Part shown: positions 13,901 to 26,965 of the stretch, piece after piece
How positions within the stretch are numbered: the first letter of the stretch is position 1
How the letters are laid out: each line of letters begins with the position of its first letter
Source of the DNA: Squalus acanthias
Lineage: Eukaryota
Direction of reading: 5' to 3'
Assembly: GCA_030390025.1 (NCBI GenBank)
Contig: CM059434.1
Span: forward strand, 127,286,001 to 127,350,000
Length of the DNA: 64,000 nucleotides
Position numbers and translations under genes: made by a program
Notes under the pieces: model-generated
What the model saw: only the letters and a program-made list of their open reading frames with translations
What the model was told of the DNA's origin: nothing
Databases searched by the model: none

Positions 13901-15159
13901 AAGGATGCCACTCCCTTCGAACTGCTGTGGAGTATCAGTTTATATCGTGAGCTCAAACACTTGATATAGGGCTCAAATCCACAACATTCTGACTCATGAG
14001 AATGGGACCAATGGAACATAATGAGCAGAAATCCCTTAATGTAGATCTGCAATGTAGAATTGCAAAACTGTACCAGCTGAGGGGGTTCAGACAAGGTATG
14101 GTTTGTTGAACGTCCTGAGATTGCAATATTGCCTTAAATGCATTTGAAGTAGGAAGCCCCAAGTAACCCCACGTGGTTTGTTACTCTTAGTTCTCAGCTG
14201 CAACATGCAGTACTTTTCGATTCCATTTAAAACTAGCTTTAAAGCCAGTAACAATGAAGGTTTCATTGTATTGCACAGCCAAACATCAGTGTAGGATTGA
14301 CTATCTTGTATTTTTTGGGGAAACTTTTGTAACTCATCAGATGACTTTTGGATGCATCCTTCTTGGTGTTGCAAGTTTAGGAAGGTTGTAGGCAATTAAA
14401 AATCTGTTGGATTGCAGTGCCACAGGAATTTTTACATTTTGAATTCCCCAACGATGTCTGTGTAAACGGGGACCATCTGTGTTGAACACTAGCTTTGCAG
14501 TGACATTTTATCGTGCATGGATCAGAGGCCAGCTGCAGTATAAATGAATGTGTTGTCAGAAATTTGGGTAGACTTGCTGTTTTTTTTGAAGTGACCAATA
14601 GAAATATATACATTTGATATAGTGGATTACAGTAATATCTTCAAAAGGAAGCAAGACCTCTTAATTTGGGCATCTTGTTTTCAGATCATTGGAAGCTATG
14701 TAACTTGTATTCCTTTATGAATAATTCCTGGCCTGTGACATATATTCTGTTGTCATGAACAAATCCTGTAATTGTGTGAAAATGGCAGAAGGTAATTGGC
14801 TTTTTCACTCTAGTTTGTCAACTACTTTTATCTTGTGCATGTGTGTGTACGAAGAGCAGAATGTGGGCTGCCAAGAATGGAGAATTCTGAGATCCGAGAT
14901 GTTCGACTACCCATTCCAACATTTTTTTGACTGTATAATATGATGGTTTTGACATTTTGCAAAAAAGGCAGCTGCCTGATTTTCTCCACTTTCAATTTCT
15001 GTCTAATATGTTCGCATCCGCTCGCATTCTCTCAACGCTTCCCAACCCAGTTATATATCCATTTTTTCCTTCTCATTGTTGCTGTATGGAAGCTTTCTGT
15101 TTTAATTCTTGCAGTGCAACAGAGAGAGGTAAGGAAATAAACAACTTTCATTAATACTG

Positions 15160-16155
15160 AGGATGCTGCGCGAATGCAAGCAGCTTAGAGCCCTCCTTGT
15201 GATCTAGCGTTTGTAGGCTTCAATAATGATGATTGCGGTTTCAGAGGCCAATCATCGCAGCTCCAGGTCATCACTGTTGGAGTTCCTTGGGACAGAATGC
15301 TTGGCCCAACCATCTTCAGCTGCTTCATCAATGATGCTTCCTCTGTCATTAGGTCAGGAGTGGGGCTCTTTGCTGACAATTGTACCGTTTTCAGCCCCAT
15401 TCAGCAGGACCTGGGCAATAAGTAGCAAGTAACATTCACGCCACACAAGTCCTAGGTAACAACAATTTCCAACTTGAAAAGTCCCAACCAACTCCTCTGA
15501 ACTTCAGTGCTGCCACCATAATCAAGTTTCCCCACTATCAACGTCTTGGGCATCACCACTGACCAGAAGCTTAATTGAACCAGCCATAGCAACACCACGA
15601 GTAAAAGAACAGGGCAGCTGGGTTCTCTGCAACGAGTGGCTCACCACCTGACTGCTCACTATCTCTCTACAAGCTCGAGTCTGTAACATGATGGAATACT
15701 CGCCTGGCTGGGTGCAGCTGCAGCAATACTCAAGCAGTTCAGCACAATCAGGGCACAGTAGTGTGCTTAATTGATGCCCCTGTTACTGAACTCAACATCC
15801 ACCACCTAGGCACTGTGGCTGCAGTATGTACCATCTACCGGATGCACTGCAGCAAGTTGCTAAGCTTGCTGCGACAACACCTCTCTCCTCCGCGACCTCC
15901 AGCACCAAGAAGAACAAGAGCAGCAATGTCCTGGGAACACCGTCACCTCCAGGTTCCGCTCTAAGTCACACATAGACTTGGACATATATCACCATACCAT
16001 CATCATCATCGCTGGGTCAAAATCCTGTAATTCATGACTTAACCCTGTTGTGGCAGCACCATCAGCATAAGGACTTCACTGTTCAAGGAGAAAGCCTACT
16101 GCCAGCTGGGGATAAGTAATAAATGCAGCCCACACCCCGAGAGCAAATGTAAAAA
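15160..16155 (+). mobile_element. Older, internally deleted copy of the LINE family at 1803-4232
   Basis: Collinear similarity with ~3010-4230 (caaccatcttcagctgcttcatcaatga, gaccagaagcttaa, tgtaccatctac, aataaatgc end). Confidence 0.75.
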
Positions 16156-17217
16156 AAAATTGGCCTTTTAGGATCCGTGCTTAACTTTATGATCTTGATG
16201 CAAAAGTACGGTCAAGATGAAAAAGGAGAGACTGTGGAGGAAAAGGCAGGGGCTTTTAGGCACACATGCCAGGAAGTTAGGGGATGGAGGAGGGAGAGGA
16301 TCTGAGATGTGGAGAAACCCAGCAGAGATGCTGTTCTCCAATTTTTTGAGAGATTCTTTTAAGTACAATGAAAGGATAAGCCGATCTCTCTCCTCTCGCC
16401 AGTTGCACTGTTGTAGGGAATCATCTTGTGGGCCGGCAAACTTAGTAGAACTCCAGCCTGGGAAGGCTAATTAAGTTTTTGAGTATTGAAGGCTGATATT
16501 TGAACACAATACTGTGGAACATCAATGCTCTTAAGAGCTGCTGGACTGCCCTGTTTGACTGGCCTTGTTTAAACAGTGAGTCTGCAGAGTGGGAGAAGCT
16601 GCTACGCCAGACTGAGGGAGTTAAATTAACTGCACAGTGGAAGTTGCACAATTGCAAAGAACATCCTGGATTAATTTTGTCTCCAGCTGCCACACACTGT
16701 CAGGTAGAGTAATTCTTTCCAGCCAGGGCTTAATGAGAAATCACTTTTATAATTCTTCGTAATATTTTGACTTTTAAGGAGGTTAATGAAGTTTCCTTTT
16801 TACAGAATATGGTGACATTTTTGCACTGAAAACATTTGCTTGTAAATTGGATTTGGAAAGAAGAGGAACTGAAGTAGGAAGACACCAGTTTCACTCTCCG
16901 TAGTACCGTTGAGATTGGTGCCATGATCTTCAGTTTGTGGAAATGCTGAAGGTGGATTATTTGTACTGAGTGCATTCTGTGTACACTTGAATTAGTATCA
17001 CAGTGAAACCAGCTGTAGAGGTGGGCTTGATTTACATCCACTTGGATGGGCATTTGTGCTTAATTGTGTGTTCCACCTCACGTCTTGGGTTGAATTGCTG
17101 CCAATTTCAGAGCCACTTCAATCTTTGATGTGCCATACTAGACTTGTAGAAGTCCGAGATATTTCTGCAGATCTTATCAAGCAGATGGACTCTCTCTAAC
17201 TTCATATCCTCCCATGA

Positions 17218-17433
<216 letters not shown>

Positions 17434-17782
17434 TGAATTCTACATCTGGCATTGTAACTTTGAGTTCATGGGCTAGCAATCCATAAACTGAGTCTAAGAA
17501 GCGAGACCTTTTAACCTATTTTAATTAGCCGTGTGCTGCGATGTCGTGTGATCCTGACAGTTGGTATATTGTGGAATCTGGTGGGTTCAGTGAAAGGCTT
17601 CTACTTCAATTTATTACAACTTTTATGCCAAACAAATAAGACAGGCACCATCATACAACATAGCTCTTAATTAGAATGATCTGATCATTTTTTTTAGCAC
17701 TAAATTGCCACTTTACTGTGTTGGTTTAAGAATTTAAGGCAGTGAAGTAGGCAGGTTGGTTGTTACAATGCTTTCATATTTG

Positions 17783-18990
17783 AGGACAAAGGTGAACCAG
17801 TGGATGTGGTGTATTTGGATTTCCAGAAGGCATTCGATAAGGTGCCACATAAAAGGTTACTGCTTAAGATAAGAGCTCACGGAATTGGGGGTAATATATT
17901 AGCATGGATAGAGAATTGGCTAACTAACAGAAAGCAGAGAGTCGGGATAAATGGGTCATTTTCTGGTTGTCAAACGGTAACTAGTGGGGTGCCACAGGGA
18001 TCGGTGCTGGGGCCTCAACTATTTACAATCTACATTAATGACTTGGATGAAGGGACCGAGTGTAATGTAGCCAAGTTTGCGGATGATACAAAGATGGGTG
18101 GGAAAGCAAGTTGTGCAGAGGACTCAAAGAATCTGCAAAGGATATAGACAGGCTAAGTGAATGGGCAAACATTTGGCAGTTGGAGTATAATGTGGGAAAG
18201 TGCGAGGTTATACACTTTGGCAGGAAAAATAAAAAAGCAAATTATTATTTAAATGGAGAGATTACAGAATGCTACAGTTCAGAGGGACCTGGGGGTCCTT
18301 GTGCATGAAACACAAAGTTAGCTTGCAGGTACAGCAAGTAATCAAAAAGGCAACTGGAATGTTGGCCTTTATTTCAAAGGGGTTGGAGTATAAAAGCAGG
18401 GAAGTTCTGCTACAACTGTACAGGGTATTGGTGAGACCACACATTGAGTACTGCATACAGTTTTGGTCTCATTTAAAGAAGGATATACTTGCATTGGAGG
18501 CAGTTCAGAGACGATTCACTAGGTTGATTCCTGAGTTGAGGGGGTTGACTTATGAAGAAAGGTTGAGCAGGTTGGGCCTATACTCATTGGAATTTAGAAG
18601 AATGAGAGGTGATCTTACTGAAACATATAAGATACTGAGGGGGCTCGACAAGGTAGATGCAGAGAGGATATTTCCCCTCGTGGGGAAATCTAGAACGCGG
18701 GGGCACAGTTTTAGAATAAAGGGTCGCCCTTTTAGAACTGAAATGAGGAGGAATTTCTTCTGAGGGTCGTAAATCTGTGCAATTCTCTGCCCCAGAGAGC
18801 TGTGGAGGCTGGGTCATTAAATACATTTAAGGTGGAGATAGACACATTATTGCAAGATAAGGGAGTGAAGGGTTATGGGGAGCAGGCAGGGAAGTGGCTT
18901 TGAGCCCAAGATCAGCCATGATATTGAATGGCGGATCAGGCTCGAGGGGCCAAGTGGCCTATTCCTGCTCCTATTTCTTATGTTCTTATT
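17783..18990 (+). mobile_element. 5'-truncated CR1 (HER1-like) LINE: RT domain and 3' tail
   Basis: [50 protein letters not shown]; frameshifts; ttatgttcttat tail. Confidence 0.93.
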
Positions 18991-19134
18991 TCGGTTACTG
19001 TATGTAAGAAATATAAGAATGTGTTATCATATGCTAATAATGGTTACAAACATGATGTCATGGTAACTCAGCTGGCCAGCCTGTGCAGTATTCTAATCTG
19101 CGGAAGCAGCAGCTGATCAATTACATACAATCAG

Positions 19135-19280
19135 AGAATAGTACAGCACAGAAGGAGGCCATTCGGCCCATCGAGTCTGCGCCGGCTTTTTCGAAGAACA
19201 ATCCAGTTAGTCCCGCTCTTTCCCCATAGCCCTGCAATTTTTTTCTCCTTCAAGTATTTATCCAATTCCCTTTTGAAAAG
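19135..19280 (-). mobile_element. CR1 3' end fragment
   Basis: acagcacagaaggaggccattcggcccatcg...caagtatttatccaattccc; same family as 34640-34830. Confidence 0.7.
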
Positions 19281-20524
19281 TAAAATAGGGGGAGGGAAAT
19301 GTGTACAAAAAGAGAGTCATTTAACTGTTTCTTTTCTCTAAGCCTTGACTAAAGGAAGAGTGCCAGCCAGCACTGTCGCCTTAACTGGTCTCGTGGTTGA
19401 TCCACAAACATTTCTCCTGCGATGCTAACATTGGTGGCAACTTGGTTGGGTTTGGTGGGCGAACACACTGCAGGTCAGAGGGAAAAGCAGTCGGGCCAAA
19501 TTTAGTGACTCATGGGCGGTGGCCTGGTCATGACTGACTTATACTAAAGTGAGTATTTTTAGAACATGTGCAGAAATACACAGTAGACTGTGTTTGTCTT
19601 AACACTGGACTGCAGTTTAAATTTGCGAGCCGGAGCATAGTGTTTACTTCCTGTCTCTTTCATTTAGCTTTCAATCTCTTATAGAATGTGGTGTTGCCCT
19701 CATGGACCTTTTAGAACGGTTTGGGTTTTTCCAGATAATCAGTGAGCAGTGCTTGATCTGCCTGAAGGGACCATGCTATTTAACAATCTCAACCAAGGGA
19801 TTAATACTTTTATCCCTTTTTTATATTTTACATTTTCTCTTCTCCTATAACTCACTCTAGGTTGGGGCTCACCAGTTGCTGACCACCTATATTGTACCTC
19901 AGTATCTCATTCTTCATGTGTAGGCTTGGACAGTGATTGCTGACAGACTATTCAGCCATGGTGCTCTGATGTCCGCTCGTTGCCCAACCATGCAAACCTT
20001 TTCTACAGGAATTGCTTAGCTACAAGTGGGAACGCTCACTTTTTTTCCTTCTTCCTCCACCTCATCCCAGGTTTGCGAAACCCAATTTTAGTGCCCCACC
20101 AGCTATTTTTTTGGTATTTGGGGTTGAACTCGCAGCAGTCTGTAACCAGGGTCATACTCTGTATAGCTGTGCCCAGTTGTTGTGCTGTTCTCTTTTTTTG
20201 ACAACTGTAATTGCCCTGAAATTTACCATGCCCAACGTTCTGTCAGTTTGCAAATTCTTCACGAAAGGTTTGCATACAGTCAAATCTGTAGACTTGGTTA
20301 GATGCCTCTTCTATAAAATTAATTTAAGTTGTGTTATTTAACCTGGCTACTTGGGGCTGGACGGGAGCTATCAATGCCTTGTACGCTCCTGATAACTGCA
20401 AAATCTGGCTTGATATAAAGTCGGAGTAAAACACCCATTGGAAGCTGGATTTGGAGGAGCGCAAAAGAAGAGGGCTAGTACCAGTGTGATGCATTAAACG
20501 CTTGGATGTGTTTATTTAAACAAA

Positions 20525-20932
20525 TTAGGGCTGTATTCCTTAGAATTTAGAAGGTTAAGGGTTGATTTGATCGAAGTTTTCAACATATTAAGGGGAACAG
20601 ATGGGGTCGATAGAGAGAAACTATTTCCGCTGGTTGGGGATTCTAGGACTGGGGCGTAGTCTAAAACTTAGAACCAGCCCTTTCAGGTGTGAAATTAGGA
20701 AACACTTCTACACACACACAGGGTGGTAGAAGTTTGGAACTCTCTTCCACAAACGGCAATTGATACTAGATCGATAATTTTAAATCTGAGATTGATAGCT
20801 TTTTGTTAACCAAAGGTATTAAGGGATATGGGCCAAAGGTGGGGAAATGGAGTTAGGTCGCAGATCAGCCATGATCTCATTGAATGGCGGAACGGGCTCA
20901 AGGAGTTTAATGGCCCATTCCTGTTCTTATGG
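20525..20932 (+). mobile_element. CR1 3' end fragment
   Basis: Similar to 18570-18990, including gatcagccatgatctcattgaatggcgg. Confidence 0.8.
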
Positions 20933-22126
20933 TTATCACTGAAACTCACAAAACAATTCCCTTAACATTCTGATTGTATTTGAGAGTTAACCTCTGCCCT
21001 TGCATTATTTGTAACGTTCTTTTGAGTACTGATGGAATGAAGAAACAATAACTGCTGTTAGAAAACAAATGGAAAAATTCTATGTCAAATAACTTGCTGA
21101 TGTTTCCCATGAATGAATGACTGACTCTTCGCTGTTCTTGCCTTAAGATGTAAATAAACAACTCGGAGCCATTTCCTTATTTACAGACTGAGATGAGAAT
21201 CACTTGCTGCTTTGAAATTGGGACAAAGAGCTAATGTTCTGATACGGGTGTTAATGCTGCAAAGAAATACAGAGAACTTGTTCAGCTGTTCCACACTAAA
21301 AGCAGGACAGATTCAATGCCCCAGTCTTTCAGATGCTGACTAACCTGTTGTGCAATTGAGGCATTTTCTGTTTCTGTTCCTACTTTTCCATTGGTTCATT
21401 TGTACTGCAGTTAGACTTTTTTTTGCTTATTTACAGAACATTGGCCTGCACACTCTATTTTAATTAGTTAACCTCACGAACAGCAACCTATTCAGTGACG
21501 TATTTTGGTTACCCCAAAGTACTGAATTCAAGTTCTTCGTCCTTTTTTACAAATCATCCTACACTAACTCTTCTACTTCCTCGAGCTAATTTCCCAGCCC
21601 TCCTATCTTCTAACTTCCCTCCTGTGCATTTCCCCTTCTCTCTACTCCATTCCCCCGCCCCCAACTGTGGGGGTATTTCACTAAACCTTCCACTGTAGGG
21701 CCGTGCATTGGGAGCTGGCAGCTCTAGCAAAGCACCTAACTCAATATAAAAGAAATGAAAGAAGCAATATACATCCACACCCCAGATGACATGCCAAATG
21801 CCCCAAAATTATTGAATAACTAAGCTGAACAAGTACAACTACCATTACTAGCTGTTGCAAAATAGTTTGGATACAGTCTGAATTTGAAAGTGATGTGATA
21901 AGTGTAGCATGCTTGGGAGGAACAGGTGATGCTGTTCCCAAAGTGTTCCACTACTCGGGGTTTCTTTTGAAGTGGGGGCGTGTCCATGCGGGGAGTGGGG
22001 TGCACTTCAGACAAGGCAAACACACACTACTTGCATGGATTTCTCGGCAGTTTGTTCATTTTGTTCTCTGGATGTGGACAACACATGCGAGGTTGTATTT
22101 GTTGCAAATCCCGAGGTGACTTTTTA

Positions 22127-22575
22127 TTTATTCATTCATTCACTGGATGTGGGCAAGGCCGGCATTTATTGCCTATCCCTAATTACCCTTGAGAAAGTGG
22201 TGGTGAGCCGCCGCCTTCCGTGTGGTGTAGGTACTTGGTATACTTCTTTGTAGAAGTTTGGTGCAACTGAGTGGCTTGCTAGGCCATTTCAGAGGGCAGT
22301 TAAGAGTCGGTGGATCTGGAGTCAGTTATGGGCCAGACCAGGTAAGGACGGCAGATTTCCTTCCCTAAAAGACATTAGTGAACCAGATGGGTTTTTACAA
22401 CAATCCGGTAGTTTCATGGTCCCCATTACTGATGGCTTTTTATTCCAGATTTATTTAATCAACTGAATTTAAATTCCCCAGCAGCCGAGGTGGGATTTGA
22501 ATTTGCGTCTCCGGATCGTTAGTCCAGGCTTTTGGATTACTAGTCCAGTAACATAACTACTATGCTCCCGTACCC
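22127..22575 (-). mobile_element. tRNA-derived SINE sharing its 3' tail with the LINE at 1803-4232
   Basis: Head is the reverse complement of 10835-10980; tail gcatttattgcctatccctaattaccctt matches the LINE end at 4160-4220 in reverse. Confidence 0.75.
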
Positions 22576-22804
22576 ACATGAGGGCATGAAGAGTGAACCA
22601 CGCTATGTGGGACTGGAGTCACATGTAGGCCAGACTGGGAGGGATGGCAAAATACCTTCCCTGAAGGACGTTTTTTGGCATTATTTTAAAAATGGCTTAT
22701 ACAGCAGATGTTATGTTGCCACTTGCAAAGATTAGTCTTGGAAAGATTGTATGCTTCTAGCAACTCCAATTGTAAATGGAACAGACTTGCTAAGTCGCTT
22801 ATTA

Positions 22805-23200
22805 AAAGAACTTAAATTTATGTAGCACCTTTATAACATCTCAAGGTCCCAAAGCACCTTGGATATTATGAATTACTTTGAAATGCAGTGGCTGTTTTGC
22901 AGGCGAAAGCAGCAACCATGCAACGAAATGAAAGATTCATCTGAGTTTGTGGTGTTGGTTGGTCACCGGGAAAAATCCTTGCTCTTCAAATTGTGATGTG
23001 GGATCTTTAACAGCCACTTAAACCAGCGAACGATACCGTAATTAAATGTCTTGTGCAAAGGATGGTGTCTTTGACAGTACTGGACTCTGAGTACTGCATT
23101 GAAGTGTTGCTCTAGATTATGTGCTCAAGCCCTAGAGTGAGCCTCAACCCGAAATTTCCCGATTCTGGAGAGATAGCGTTACCAGCTGAGTCAAGGTGAC
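22805..23200 (-). mobile_element. Decayed Deu-domain SINE, nearly full length
   Basis: Collinear with 268-693. Confidence 0.62.
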
Positions 23201-23623
23201 ACATCAGGAGTGACGCAGCAGGGATTATCAGTAGCTATAAAGAGAAAAAAACATTAACTTTTCAGGTATAACTAAGATTACAGAACCCTCTATTAGGGTT
23301 GAGCAAAACGGGCAGGAGCGCAAGAGTACAAGAAGAAAAAACCACCAGGGATGCTGACGAGTAATTGGGTTCAATAGGCAGCAAGCAGCTTGTGTGAAAA
23401 GCTGGGAATCGGGCTATTTAACTCCTTAACTCCTCCTGACAGGAGTCAGTATTACTGACCCTTTGTCCTCTCTCCTTTCCCCTGGTCCCTGACTGCCCAG
23501 TAATGTTTTGTTCAGCCCTATTCAGGGGCTCTCTTATCTTTTGGTTTCCAGTTGTGACAAAGGACACGCACCCAATAACTTAATCTGTTCTTTCGCTTCT
23601 TGGATGCTGATGGGCCTGCTGAG

Positions 23624-23738
23624 CAGTGTTGCCATGAAGCTGCGCAGCGCTTTGAAGATCCCACGCAGTTGGCTCACGGCTTTTAAATAAAATTTTGAAT
23701 GGGCTGCGCGGCCCCCCAAAAAATTAGAGGGAACATTG
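23624..23738. mobile_element. hAT-type MITE
   Basis: TIR cagtgttgcc...gggaacattg; 8-bp TSD ctgctgag/cagctgag. Confidence 0.75.
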
Positions 23739-25749
23739 CAGCTGAGTATTTTCTGTTTGTTCATTTGATTTGTTCATCACCAGTGGCGGTTGCTCACTTT
23801 GGTTTAAAATGTGACCAATATAAAACATAGCCCAATATATTTAATCACAATTGCAGCCTGTGTTACTCTTGCTGTTCATAACATGCACTGTTAACACTTC
23901 TCCGATATTACTGCTCTGAATAAGACCACATAAGTCACTCCTTGCACTTGTGCAAATCTGTTGCTCCCAATGCATAATTCTATTTAAAGGAAGTCATCAG
24001 CTCCCCGTTTTCAGAATTGGTAGGGCCATTTATTTCTTGTGGCAGTCTTTAAACTTTCACGCTCAGTGTTGAGTTATTATGAATTGCCTACACGACTTAA
24101 AAGCACTAAATTTTAATTGATCCACAAAACATATCAACTGTACTCTTTAATTGATGTACATTTACTGTAGATAGGATGTTGTTCAAATGTTAGAAAATTA
24201 GTACACTGGATAATGATCTCACCACAGCCTTACATTATCTGAAAAAAACTTGAGGGATTTTGTGCTGCAGCACTGGTCTTGGGTTGATAATATACCGGTC
24301 TTGCTGCTGAAAATTTCTACTAAGCAGAAGTGGGACTGCCAAGTCCCTGGCGTCAGCTCTCTGCTGCTCCAGGAACAAGGCTATTTGTATTTGTAACTGA
24401 AACCTAAGCAAGAGAATTGCAGATTTGCTGTGGCCTGCAGTTGTTATACATTAAAGCACCGTGGTTGCTTTCACTGTTCTTCATCCACAGAACCCAAAGT
24501 GGTGCCTGGCTGATGGAAGGAGAAGGGAACAATATACAGCTGAATGAATGAATGTTTTCTGTGGAAGTGTCCTTTAGTTGAAATGTAACTTGCAGTGAAC
24601 AAGTAATATAAAGTAACTTAAGATCGTTTATGATATGAGATTTGAGAGATAATACTTTCTCCCTTGTCAACTCCCTGCTGCTACATCCTCCTTCCCCCGC
24701 ATCTCCAAGCAGCTGCCAGGTTGAGCTGCATTCAACAATCCAGCTCCAGTGTGAGATACCAACAAACAAATGAAAAATCAGACTCGGTGGTACTCTTGAA
24801 TTATTTAAAGACACCCTGAGAATGCATGTAATAAGTCGACTCAGTTGCTTGGAAGTCTGCAGTTATTGAGTTGGCTTTCCTCCTGTTCCTGCATCAGGCC
24901 GGCACCTTACAAGCTACCTTCATATTCCTTGCAAGCAGCTTTCGACCTTGCACATTTTTGCAGCGGTGAGCGCTGCCGTAGCCATTCTATGTGCGGGTAA
25001 ACAAATTTCTGCAAGGGTAGTAATTCGGGAAGGTTTTAAAAGCATTTTTACGGTAGTATTTAATGCTTATAGACGCAAAGAATTTTGTTGCCACGGGCTT
25101 CTCCACAACAACCCCTCTGAGGATTTAGAAGTTCTTGCCTGGACTTGTTAAACCTGGTAAGACACGATTGAAAACTTAAAGAGCAAGACCTTTTGCAAAT
25201 AGCACCTGTTATTATAATAGCAAATAACAGGTTCAGTAACTTGTGGCTCATGTTTAGACCGTCTCACGAAGAACTGTAACACCAGGGAAGTGTTGGGTGT
25301 TATTTATGAACATTAAGGGTAACACGGGTTGCAGCCTTTGTTCAAATATGTTGGGATATGTTTTCTATTTAACAGTGGCGTGCAGAAAAATGGTCGCATT
25401 TTAAACCAAAATGAGTGACACTTGCTCTGAGTGACGCTTGGCAAGTCTATTCCATTCACAACAGCACTTGGCTGCAAGGATTCAAAAACAGCACCTTTTC
25501 AGGGCTGAGGAATTGCTAGGTGCCATGGTAGCATCTGATGTAAAAGCCATTTTTACTAATGCAAGAATTTGTCCAAATGTTTCATGTAGTTGAAGGGTAG
25601 AAATATGTTCCTGTGACAAATATATAAAACATGCAGTAATTTTAAAAAAAAACAGTGGAACTTAGCTGTATTGTTTTTATAATCCCACTTCCAAAATGTG
25701 AGTGATTTTATGTACATATCGGCAGTCTTTCCAAATGCTTGAAGTGGGA

Positions 25750-26965
25750 GGGTCACTTGTATGTACACTCTGCTGTATCTGGAAATGAAGGAACGCTCCT
25801 GGAAGCCAGTGTACACTGAATTACATCGCACTGAATTGTTTCCAATGCGCTGCCTCCACAGGCCACCTTCCATGGCACTGCTCTCATGATTGCAGTCTTG
25901 CCTCTCGCACCGAAGGCCTGCAGTGTTTTCTTCTCCCAGCCTAGGACCCTCTCTCTACATGCTGCCCCTCTGACATCTTCTGAAAGCATGGAGTTAACTT
26001 TTGCACATGTGCCAAATGACTCTCAGCTTTGCCTATACTGATTCCATCGTTGTTGCTACCCTCTACAACTCATAACATTAAGACCTGGATGGGTTGTAGC
26101 TTCTTCCAGCTTAATATCGGTTGAAGCCAACCCTCTGGCTCCTGCCAGCATCTCTGTGCCACTGGGTGGGGATGGACTCCATCAAGCTCTCTGGCTACCA
26201 GGCATAGTGCCGAGTTGTGTCGCCTTGGCTGAACTTAGTTCCTCACATGAAGTCTTTTACCAAGAACTGCTTTTTACTCACCTCTGAAACGTTGCCTGCC
26301 TCCATCCCCAAAACTCTCGCCACCTAATCCATGCCTTTATTCCCTCAAGGCTTGACATCTCCAGTTGTCTCTTTGCTGGCCTCTCGCTTCTACTTTCCAT
26401 AATCTAGCGATTATCCACAACATAGTGGCCATGTAATTTCCTGCAGAGTCCTGTGCACTCATCATTCCATCTTCGGCAAGCTCCAGTAGCCTACCATACT
26501 CCTCTCTCTCCGTCAGTGTTCCCGCTGAGCTGCGCACAGGCATCTGCAAGGTCCCACGTAGGCCGCTCACCGGCTTTCACATTGTAAATACCGTGCATGC
26601 ACAGAAATTTAAAGCAACAGCGCATTAAAAGAAACAGGCCGCGCAGAACAAAGCACAACTTACAAGGAACATTGCTCATTGTACCTCTGCAATCTCCAGC
26701 CATAGGTCCCCATGTGTACTATCTCCTCTTTGAACAACCGATTACTTACTCCTTCTGTTCCACTATGGGCAGCCATTCTTTTACCAATATGTTCCTGTTT
26801 GGAACTCAAAATCTCTTTGCCCTGCTGCCATCTTGCTTGCCTTCAAAAGTCTGCCTAAAACTCTTCCCATTGACTGTTATTTTACCTCCACCTCTTTCTT
26901 CTCTCCTGCTTGCCAGTCACCTGTAAAGTATTCGCAGACCTCCTGGACATGATAAATGTTCCAGA
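25750..26965 (+). mobile_element. Highly decayed L2 LINE with a nested hAT MITE (26514-26674)
   Basis: Pyrimidine-rich L2-like motifs (ctaatccatgcctttattccctcaaggcttgac); MITE cagtgttccc...ggaacattg. Confidence 0.55.
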